A stretch of 63,666 nucleotides of DNA, filler included, from Candidatus Nezhaarchaeota archaeon WYZ-LMO8 (GTDB lineage Archaea; Thermoproteota; Methanomethylicia; Nezhaarchaeales; WYZ-LMO8): the NCBI GenBank assembly GCA_004347965.1. It is 3 parts of 3 records of this genome, joined end to end, with 100 filler letters (N's around TTAATTAATTAA, not from the genome) between each part and the next. Parts side by side here need not be neighbours in the genome. Positions count along the whole stretch, not along the records: positions 1 to 26,539 come from QNVF01000021.1; 2 more parts are not named here. One strand, written 5' to 3'. Below, piece after piece: positions 10,109 to 17,761 of the stretch. A program made the translations under genes and the position numbers. How positions within the stretch are numbered: the stretch's first letter is position 1; every line of letters starts with the position of its first letter. The notes beneath the pieces are model-generated. The model was not told the DNA's origin and did no database searches. It saw nothing but the letters and a program-made list of their open reading frames with translations.

Positions 10109-10699
10109 TTAAGCCCTCAATCCTATCAATGATAACCCGAGAACGTCAGCTATGATATCCATGGCTTTTAGAGGAGTAGAAACCGTTGAGCCGATAATTA
10201 TCGTTGGAATTCCAAGTCTCCTACCAGCTTCAAGGTCAGACGGCCTATCGCCCATGAAGATTATCGCGTCCCGACCAACTTCCGCATTAAGCTTTTTGAG
10301 TGCAATCTCAATTTGCTTTGCTCTATCTAATTCTTCATCCCTCGTAACATAAGCATCAACATAGGGGGCTAAATCGCTAACCTCTAAAGCCTTCTTCAAG
10401 CTTCTTTCACTCTGAAGAGTTACTATTGCGATCTTAACGTCAAACTCCTTCAATCTTTTCAGCAATTCCATTGATCCTTCGAGCTTTCTAAGGTCCCTCA
10501 TCGAGTTAATTTCATACTCTTCGATTAACTCACTTAGTTCTTTGTATAAATTCTCGCTTTCGGCTTTCGCCCACCTCAATACCTCGAATATCGATATTAC
10601 CTCCGACCTCAAGATCCTTGCTAATGCTTCTTTCACCTCACTCCAATTCACTGGAACGTAGACCAAGGTTCCATCAAGGTCTGAGATTAAAACCCTCAT
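10109..10699 (-). CDS. HAD-superfamily hydrolase (phosphoglycolate phosphatase-like)
   Basis: SDLDGTL motif I, IVT motif II, MGDRPSD motif IV. Confidence 0.85.
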   Translation of the reverse strand: MRVLISDLDGTLVYVPVNWSEVKEALARILRSEVISIFEVLRWAKAESENLYKELSELIEEYEINSMRDLRKLEGSMELLKRLKEFDVKIAIVTLQSERSLKKALEVSDLAPYVDAYVTRDEELDRAKQIEIALKKLNAEVGRDAIIFMGDRPSDLEAGRRLGIPTIIIGSTVSTPLKAMDIIADVLGLSLIGLRA

Positions 10700-10840
10700 A
10701 CTGGGCTAAACTACATTGAGCTCACACATTTTAAGGCTACTGCTGAAAAGTCATTTGTGGTTATGGCTGTAAGCATTTTAGTCTTTACTGGGCATCATTA
10801 ATAATTTAGTAACAAGTAGTTTTAGAAAGGTGTAAGAGCT

Positions 10841-11602
10841 ATGCAGCTTAGTTTAGAGGAGCTTGAGAGATACGATAGGCAAATTCGCATACCCGACTTC
10901 GGTGTTGACGGTCAGAGAAAGCTGAAGTCGTCGACAGCTCTCGTAGCTGGCTTGGGTGGTCTTGGCTGTCCAGTCTCTATGTACCTAGCAGCCAGCGGCA
11001 TTGGTAAGCTAGTTATTGTAGATAAAGAGAGAGTTGAACTAAGCAACTTAAACAGACAGATCCTTCATTGGCCCTCTGATATTGGTAAGCTAAAGGTCGA
11101 GTCTGTAGCTGAGAAGATAGCAATGTTGAACCCAAATGTTAGTGTTGAACCTTTAGCATTGGAGATTAATGAGGATAACGTAGAAAACTTAGTCAAGAGG
11201 GTTGACGTGGTAGTCGATGGGATGGACAACTACAAGACTCGCTTCCTTCTCAACGCCTCATGCGTATCGCAAGGTAAACCATTTGTTCACGCTGCAGTTC
11301 ATGGGCTTGAAGGTCAGCTACTAACAGTACTGCCAGGTAAAGGACCGTGCCTAAGGTGCGTAATCCCCTCGGAACCCCCTCAAGAAGCGCTCGTACCAGT
11401 ATTGAGCGTAACACCAGGTGTTATGGCAGCTCTTGAGGTCATGGAGGTTGTGAAGTTAATAGTAGGCTTAGGTAAGCCTTGTAGCGACAGACTATTGATA
11501 TTTGACGGTTATGAAATGAAGTTCCACGAAATCAAGGTTGAGCCATCACCCAACTGCCCTGTGTGTTCAAAGTTTACGAGAAGTAAATACGTTAAGACCT
11601 GA
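10841..11602 (+). CDS. ThiF/MoeB/UbaA E1-like activating enzyme
   Basis: RYDRQI, GLGGLG, SNLNRQ, DGMDN, CLRC and CPVC zinc pairs. Confidence 0.9.
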   Translation: MQLSLEELERYDRQIRIPDFGVDGQRKLKSSTALVAGLGGLGCPVSMYLAASGIGKLVIVDKERVELSNLNRQILHWPSDIGKLKVESVAEKIAMLNPNVSVEPLALEINEDNVENLVKRVDVVVDGMDNYKTRFLLNASCVSQGKPFVHAAVHGLEGQLLTVLPGKGPCLRCVIPSEPPQEALVPVLSVTPGVMAALEVMEVVKLIVGLGKPCSDRLLIFDGYEMKFHEIKVEPSPNCPVCSKFTRSKYVKT

Positions 11603-11606
11603 CTAC

Positions 11607-12014
11607 CTACTCTAACAGCACTTCAAGCTCCCTTATGGAGCCATCCTTCATTACGTACGCAGCTATGGAGCCATCAATCGAACTCAATATTAGCCATACC
11701 AGTGGCCAGTGCTTCATGCCCTCTAAGTCGACAATGGATGGGGTTGGTGGACCGGGATGCGAGTGATAGATCCCTATAACCTCTAAGCCGAGCCTCTCAG
11801 CATACTTATGAGCCTCGTAGACTCTTCTTGGATCCATTTCAAAACGTGCTTGACTTACCGCCGAAACATTTTCAACTTTGTAGAGCTCAACCACTTTGAA
11901 GTCGTCATTATCCACTACGCCGAGAAGAAAGCCGCAAACCTCACGATCTTCAGCTAAGGAATCGTGAACTATCTCCCTTAAGATGCGACTACTTATCCTT
12001 AACCTGCTCCTCAT
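11607..12014 (-). CDS. JAMM/MPN+ (M67) metalloprotease, desampylase-like
   Basis: EVCGFLLG plus YHSHPGPPTPSIVD, the JAMM motif. Confidence 0.9.
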   Translation of the reverse strand: MRSRLRISSRILREIVHDSLAEDREVCGFLLGVVDNDDFKVVELYKVENVSAVSQARFEMDPRRVYEAHKYAERLGLEVIGIYHSHPGPPTPSIVDLEGMKHWPLVWLILSSIDGSIAAYVMKDGSIRELEVLLE

Positions 12015-12149
12015 TTTAAGTCCTAGAGAAGTTCAAAACGCCTTATCAACATATCGTTTTCCAAGTGCACAAGAACCACCTTTTTACAAGTTGATGTGAG
12101 GGGGCATGCTAGTTATCCTTATTAATCTACTTACAATCTACGTAGTAAC

Positions 12150-12341
12150 ATGTGCGAATTTCGAGTGTACTTGAAGGCCAACGGCGAGCTTAGAGAAGTG
12201 GCTAAAGGGGTGGTAAAGGCAATGGTGGAGGGCAAGGTAGTCAAGCTCATAACGTTATTCGGCGAGGTTAAGGAGGTTGGTAATGCATTCATAGAGTCCG
12301 TTGACGTGCCAAATGAGAGGATGATACTAACAAAGCTCTAA
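12150..12341 (+). CDS. CooT family nickel-binding protein
   Basis: Starts MCE; 63 aa; contains LFGE..V...IESVD. Confidence 0.75.
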   Translation: MCEFRVYLKANGELREVAKGVVKAMVEGKVVKLITLFGEVKEVGNAFIESVDVPNERMILTKL

Positions 12342-12345
12342 GAGG

Positions 12346-13113
12346 TTGTTGAGCTTGATACCTAAGACACACCCTCGATACCACTCTCTTGTCATTAGGG
12401 AGAAGCTCATAGAATATTTTGAGAAGGGCATTGTAGCTAAAGCCGGTCTGATAGCTCATGGTAGGGGGGAAGCCTTCGACTACTTGATAGGAGAAGAGAC
12501 GATCGAACCAGCCATGAAGGCCATAAGGGCAGCTGCATGTGCCCTACTCTTAGCGAAGAGACCTGTAATCTCCGTTAACGGCAATGCAGTGACGCTTGCT
12601 GGCGAGTGGATAATTAAGCTATCTGAAGTTGTTAACGCTAAGATTGAGGTAAACCTGTTTTATAGGACGAGGGAAAGATTGAAGTCCATAGAATCCGTTT
12701 TAAGAAGCTTGGGAGCTAAAGAGGTTCTGGGGATCGACGAAGAGTATCAAGCCACGATACCTGAGCTTATGAGCGAGAGGAGGAGAGTTGACTCTAGAGG
12801 AATCCTAATAAGCGACGTTGTCCTCGTACCATTGGAAGATGGTGATAGAACCGAGGCTCTAAGAAGAATGGGCAAGACCGTTATAGCCATAGACTTAAAC
12901 CCTCTATCGAGAACTGCGAGAGCAGCATCAATAACCATAGTTGATAACATAGTTAGAGCAATGCCTAAGCTATTCGATGAAGCTTCGAAGCTTAAAAGCT
13001 CGCCGAGAGATGAGCTACTCTCCATATTGAGGTCCTACGATAATAATGCTGTGCTATCTGAGGTACTGAATTACATTGCTAACAGACTTAAGAGAATGGC
13101 CGAGAGCTCTTAA
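12346..13113 (+). CDS. pps: 4-phosphopantoate--beta-alanine ligase (phosphopantothenate synthetase)
   Basis: HPRYHSL, GLIAHGRGEAFDYLIGE, VPLEDGDR and IDLNPLSRT motifs. Confidence 0.93.
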   Translation: MLSLIPKTHPRYHSLVIREKLIEYFEKGIVAKAGLIAHGRGEAFDYLIGEETIEPAMKAIRAAACALLLAKRPVISVNGNAVTLAGEWIIKLSEVVNAKIEVNLFYRTRERLKSIESVLRSLGAKEVLGIDEEYQATIPELMSERRRVDSRGILISDVVLVPLEDGDRTEALRRMGKTVIAIDLNPLSRTARAASITIVDNIVRAMPKLFDEASKLKSSPRDELLSILRSYDNNAVLSEVLNYIANRLKRMAESS

Positions 13114-13117
13114 AACT

Positions 13118-13193
13118 CTAGGCTTGATAGCCCTGCCGTCTCGCTAGAGCGTTGATGAATTGTAAGGGCTCGTTTGATGGGAAGAAATCCTAG
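13118..13193 (+). ncRNA. Candidate box C/D sRNA with degenerate boxes
   Basis: TTGATAG (C?), CCCTGCCGTCTCG, TAGA (D'?), TTGATGA (C'), ATTGTAAGGGCTCGT, TTGA (D?). Flanked by a CTAGG/CCTAG stem and followed by T5. Confidence 0.4.
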
Positions 13194-13204
13194 TTTTTAT
13201 ATCT

Positions 13205-14011
13205 TTAAGCTAAGAGATTCATCAGATAAACTTCGTCTATTACTTCATTAACTTCATTCAAGTTAATGTCCCTCACTCCATCTATCTGTTCTCCGCAGTC
13301 GTAGCCATTTACTACTACCCTAAGTATTGGCTTGGAATACAGTCTCGAAGCCCATGATAAGAGCTTCCTTGCAATCATGAACTTAGCGTACTTAAATGGC
13401 CAAGCCATCTCATCTTCACTTAGCCAAGGCTTAGAATACTTGCCAACCTTTTTTGAGAGGTCCATCCCTATCATTAAGATCGCCGCACAATTAAGTTCTA
13501 AAGCCATGAATACCGCCCTATCACCGTCAGTGAAGCCACCGAAATTGTGGAGACATCCAATGGGCCTGGTCTGTGTAGTTCCAATGACTCTCTTGTTAAA
13601 CTTCTTTGCATGCTCTTCTAATGCTTGAATGTTGTCTCCATGAGCGTGGACGACGATGTAGGCTCCTCTACGCCATCCCTCGTATATGTCATCTACGTTG
13701 CCATCTAAGTCGGTAACTATGATGTCTGGAGTCACCCCAACCTCTAGTAATTTACTGCATGCACCATCAGCAGCAATCACCGCACAACCTTTCCCTTTTA
13801 AGACCACATCAATGCTCTTTTCAACAGAAGGCCCTGCACCCACAATTATGGCCAACTTTTTTTCAACGAGCCCCCTTACAGCACTTGCATTACAAGCCCT
13901 GTTTCTAATCATTGCATCAAGTCTTTGCGCAGCCTCGAAGTCCATGTTCATGCTTATACCTAAAGCCCCAACAATCCAGATGTACCACGGCTCCCATATG
14001 TTCCAATTCAA
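13205..14011 (-). CDS. mptE: 6-hydroxymethyl-7,8-dihydropterin pyrophosphokinase
   Basis: GAGPS, AADGA, IVTDLDG, VHAHGDN and NFGGFTDGDRA motifs. Confidence 0.9.
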   Translation of the reverse strand: MNWNIWEPWYIWIVGALGISMNMDFEAAQRLDAMIRNRACNASAVRGLVEKKLAIIVGAGPSVEKSIDVVLKGKGCAVIAADGACSKLLEVGVTPDIIVTDLDGNVDDIYEGWRRGAYIVVHAHGDNIQALEEHAKKFNKRVIGTTQTRPIGCLHNFGGFTDGDRAVFMALELNCAAILMIGMDLSKKVGKYSKPWLSEDEMAWPFKYAKFMIARKLLSWASRLYSKPILRVVVNGYDCGEQIDGVRDINLNEVNEVIDEVYLMNLLA

Positions 14012-14016
14012 AAATG

Positions 14017-14940
14017 CTACCCCTCACCTGCTTGAGTTAAATAATTTCTAAGTTCACCTATAGTTCCCCTTTGCTTTGCAACTAGGTCGTGCTTATGTAT
14101 GCTCTCCTCACTTTTAACATAGCACTCAAAGAAGGCTGAGTCAGGATAATCTTTAAACTCCTCTAAGATCTTCTTGACCATAAACCTAACGACATCTTCA
14201 GCGAACCTAGGATTAGAGACAGCTCTACACACAACCTCGCCTTCATCAGCTCTCTTGAGTAGCCCATATGTTGGGGAGCTCATTGACCCTTGAACTATCT
14301 TCACGAGTCTCATGGCATCCACATCGTAGTTCTTGGGGACTTCGACTATTATGGTTCCAGTTACTCTTTGCACGTGAGTTGCTAAGGGTAATTCAGTACT
14401 CAAGGAGTTATTGGTTAAGCTTCTGACTCTCTCCTTAACGTACTCTAAGACGCAGGGGCAAGCCGTCATGCCTACAAGAGATACACCAACTGCTTTCCTA
14501 GACTCTATACGTTCTCTAGGTCCTATTCGTGAAGCCCATGCTTTACCTAGGAGTATGCAAGGCTCAAAGCTTGTTGAACCTGAACCTTCAACGCGGCTCT
14601 CAAAGACTATCTCGCTCTTAGCTTTAACATAGGATCTAGAGGCGTACTCATGTCTTTCAAGGAGCTTAATAGCTATGTCTTCACATATATCCTCAAGCTT
14701 TCCAACTTTCATGGCAAATTGAGATATTGTTTCAGCTATTACTTCGTAGTGACGTGATGCATGAATACCCTTCATGGTTGAAGGTAGATCTATGTATGCG
14801 TCAAAGGTGGGTAAAACGTAGTGAGACCTTTCATCAAATCTTACGAAGACGAGAGGCATCTTGACCCCCTTAACTCCAACGAGCTGTAATGGAATAGAGA
14901 GTGAAGGCATTTCCTCGTGAACGTCTTCCATACACTTCAC
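14017..14940 (-). CDS. mptA: GTP cyclohydrolase IV (FolE2/MptA)
   Basis: KGIHASR, GMTACPC, THVQR, LKRADE, NPRFAEDVVR and ESIHKHD motifs. Confidence 0.92.
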   Translation of the reverse strand: MKCMEDVHEEMPSLSIPLQLVGVKGVKMPLVFVRFDERSHYVLPTFDAYIDLPSTMKGIHASRHYEVIAETISQFAMKVGKLEDICEDIAIKLLERHEYASRSYVKAKSEIVFESRVEGSGSTSFEPCILLGKAWASRIGPRERIESRKAVGVSLVGMTACPCVLEYVKERVRSLTNNSLSTELPLATHVQRVTGTIIVEVPKNYDVDAMRLVKIVQGSMSSPTYGLLKRADEGEVVCRAVSNPRFAEDVVRFMVKKILEEFKDYPDSAFFECYVKSEESIHKHDLVAKQRGTIGELRNYLTQAGEG

Positions 14941-14949
14941 CTGAGGACT

Positions 14950-14982
14950 AGCAGCTCAATTCACTGTGAGCAGCTCAATTCA
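14950..14982. repeat. 14-bp direct repeat AGCAGCTCAATTCA x2
   Basis: Exact copies at 14950-14963 and 14969-14982, in the divergent mptA/DUF447 intergenic region. Confidence 0.85.
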
Positions 14983-15040
14983 AATTTGGTATTTTTTTAT
15001 TAATTTTAATTATTATTCTGATTTTAAGAGGCTGTGATAC

Positions 15041-15649
15041 ATGGCGAAATCTTTGCGCATGTTTAACTTCCTTAACATGAAGGTTGGAGCTCTTTATGAA
15101 GTGATAATAACGTCAATTGATGATCGTGGCAGACCCCATGCAGCCCCCATGGGCGTGAGGATAGTGGGTGATAGTGCCTTCCTGATGAAGTCTTATGGTG
15201 AAACGAGGACCCTAAGTAATTTAAAAGCTTTAGGTAGAGGGGTCTTGAATGTAGTCGATGAGGTAGAGCCTTTCTTCTACTGCATCTTCGAGCAATCAAA
15301 GTTATCATTTGACTGGTCCACAGAGCTTCCAGTACTTAGAGGAGCTGTTGCTTGGTCCCCCTTTAATCTCTTAGAAGCTTCTAAAAAAGGTGATTACTAT
15401 GAAGTCTCATGTTCAATAACCAGTGTTCACGTTAAAAGAGGTAAGCCGAAACCGCTATGTAGGGCTGAGAGCTCTCTCCTTGAGTCATTAATTCACTACA
15501 CCAGGCTTAGGTATTATGAGGATCTAGGGTTAAAAGAAGAGGTCTCTAAGCTTAAGTCCCTAATCCTTCAACACCTAGACATAGTTGAGAGGACTGGGTG
15601 GCCTAGACTCAAGAGCTTAGCTAAGAAGCTTAAGAAGAAATTGCATTAA
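15041..15649 (+). CDS. DUF447 family protein (flavin-reductase-like split barrel)
   Basis: YEVIITS...PHAAPMGV...TRTLSNL...CRAESSLLESLIHYTR. Confidence 0.8.
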   Translation: MAKSLRMFNFLNMKVGALYEVIITSIDDRGRPHAAPMGVRIVGDSAFLMKSYGETRTLSNLKALGRGVLNVVDEVEPFFYCIFEQSKLSFDWSTELPVLRGAVAWSPFNLLEASKKGDYYEVSCSITSVHVKRGKPKPLCRAESSLLESLIHYTRLRYYEDLGLKEEVSKLKSLILQHLDIVERTGWPRLKSLAKKLKKKLH

Positions 15650-16281
15650 AGCTCAACTACTACTCTTACTGGTGATGCCGTGGCTCCAGTGATCTTTAGC
15701 GGGAAGGCGTAGTACTTGACCCTCTTATTGAGCAAGCCAGCCATGTTACACAAGTTCTCAATAATCGGTATGCCAGCACCAAGTAACACGTGATGGGCCT
15801 CAAAGCTTTTTGACTCTCCAGGATCTATGCTAGGAGCATCTATGCCTACTAGCTTTGCCTTAACCTCAACAAGTAGCTTGGCAGCATCCTCCAGCAAACC
15901 AGGATTTTTTGTTATGTACTCAGGTTTGCAATAAACATCCTCCCATCCAGTGTATATGAAAACTGCATCGCCTTCGCTGTAGCCACAAGCCTTCAAAGCC
16001 CTTTCAAGATCTCCCCTCCTTATCTTAAACCTTCCCCATACGTCGGCTATGACGGCGTAGCCCATGAAAAGCTGGAGGGGAAGAGCATTAATTGGCAATC
16101 CCCCCTCTTTAAAGTGTAGAGGAGCATCTATGTGGGTTGAAGTATGAGTGGCCATGTGAATGGTCTCAGCATTAAATCCGTGAACGCTGATCTTAGCGCA
16201 CTCAGCTATAGAGACGGGAGGATACGGCGGGAAAACTTGAGTCTTAGAATCTATACTCCTCGATAAATCTATTAGTACCAT
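15646..16281 (-). CDS. Cyclase family metal-dependent hydrolase (kynurenine formamidase-like)
   Basis: HTSTHIDAPLHF, GIDAPSID, HHVLL..GIPIIENL and ASPVR motifs. Confidence 0.9.
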   Translation of the reverse strand: MVLIDLSRSIDSKTQVFPPYPPVSIAECAKISVHGFNAETIHMATHTSTHIDAPLHFKEGGLPINALPLQLFMGYAVIADVWGRFKIRRGDLERALKACGYSEGDAVFIYTGWEDVYCKPEYITKNPGLLEDAAKLLVEVKAKLVGIDAPSIDPGESKSFEAHHVLLGAGIPIIENLCNMAGLLNKRVKYYAFPLKITGATASPVRVVVEL

Positions 16282-16320
16282 ATTACCCCCATCTATAATT
16301 TTAAGAGCCTTAAATTAAGG

Positions 16321-17226
16321 TTAAACTCCCTTAACTCTTATGACTTTAGGACCGTGATTGGAGATTCCACAAGTGATGATCTGTCTGCCTTTCAGCTGGT
16401 TGGCGATAACATCATGCAGCTTATCAACATTGTCCCTACGAGTCAGGACGTATAAAACCCCTTTCTTGACCGAGGCCCCTATAGCACCCTCTTCGACCAT
16501 CATCTTAGCTAGATCCTTAAGATCCCCATTCATGAAGCCAACTTCTTCAGCAAAGATCTTAGCATTATCCATAAGCTCCCTTACATTGGGTCTCTTTAAG
16601 AGGTTTGAGAGAGCTCTAAGACCACACCTGTTTACGACCTCCACCTTGCCTTCGAGCACCTCTCGAGTCGGTATGGATCGTAGAGTGACAACGATTACTC
16701 TCAAATCTTGGTCGTGAGGTATCCAGTCAATTACACCTATACCCGGCGCTCCCTCTTTAACTCTAATCTCAATTCCACCATGGATTTGAGCAATCACATC
16801 ACCCAAACCAGTTAAGTGTTCGACCTCAACCACGTGCGCTATGGCCCCCGCTTGAAGAACAGTCATAACGTTGCCCAGCGCTATCGAGAGAGCTAGTGCT
16901 GAGCCCAGAGCTGTTGCTCCACTAACGCCATAGCCTGCACCCATTGGCACCTCGCTTCTATGAGATACCTCAATTCTAGCCTTTACACCCAAGCTCTTAA
17001 GCACTCTTTCAGCGACGTCTTTTGATACCTCGTTACCACCATTAACCCCCACTTCCTCGCTAGGAGAGATGCGTATGCATGTTTCAACACCAATGTCGAG
17101 ATTAAGTCCTGCACCTCTAGATCCAGTCTCTAAAGCACTCTCATGCCTCCTTATCTCGAAGAAGCAAGTTATGTGGCACGGAACCCAAACAGATACCTCA
17201 ATCTCTCTATTCAACCTAAACCCCAA
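16321..17226 (-). CDS. pok: Pantoate kinase (GHMP family)
   Basis: PCHITCFF, GSRGAG, PMGAGYGVSG, TGLGDV and GGIEIR.KEGAPG motifs. Confidence 0.88.
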   Translation of the reverse strand: MGFRLNREIEVSVWVPCHITCFFEIRRHESALETGSRGAGLNLDIGVETCIRISPSEEVGVNGGNEVSKDVAERVLKSLGVKARIEVSHRSEVPMGAGYGVSGATALGSALALSIALGNVMTVLQAGAIAHVVEVEHLTGLGDVIAQIHGGIEIRVKEGAPGIGVIDWIPHDQDLRVIVVTLRSIPTREVLEGKVEVVNRCGLRALSNLLKRPNVRELMDNAKIFAEEVGFMNGDLKDLAKMMVEEGAIGASVKKGVLYVLTRRDNVDKLHDVIANQLKGRQIITCGISNHGPKVIRVKGV

Positions 17227-17761
17227 TTTCTCTCATCTCCTCAACTTGTTTTAATCATTTCAACCTCTATCGTAAAGCCTTCTCTAGAAGATCACTTCGT
17301 GAAGACGCTATTAAGAGTAGGGCTGAGAAAGGGTATTGCTACAAATCACTTGGCATAAGATTAGTTAATTGTTAAGGTTGCTCAAAACAAGTGTCATTAA
17401 ACCTAACAGTTAGTGTCATCAAATCTGTCATTCTAGAAAATAACTACATTAACTACAAAGGATGTATCTCTCACTCGGTTCTTAAGGATTTTCGGGATAC
17501 CATTATACTTTAGAAATATAGAAATTCAGAAATCTTTGAAGTACTAGATCTATCCTATATCGTGAAGACTGCTATCAAGCTTGCTTAGGACTTTGAAACC
17601 AACGCTTTAAGTTCACTTTTTCAATGGAACTTCGCGCCTACGTCGACTACTTAGAAGAGTCCTGACAAAATCCCATTTACCATAGTCCTCTCTTGGTCGA
17701 TTTTCAGGAGAAGGTTTAATAGAAAAGTTGATTAAAAACTGAGAACTAGGAAGTCAAAGGA

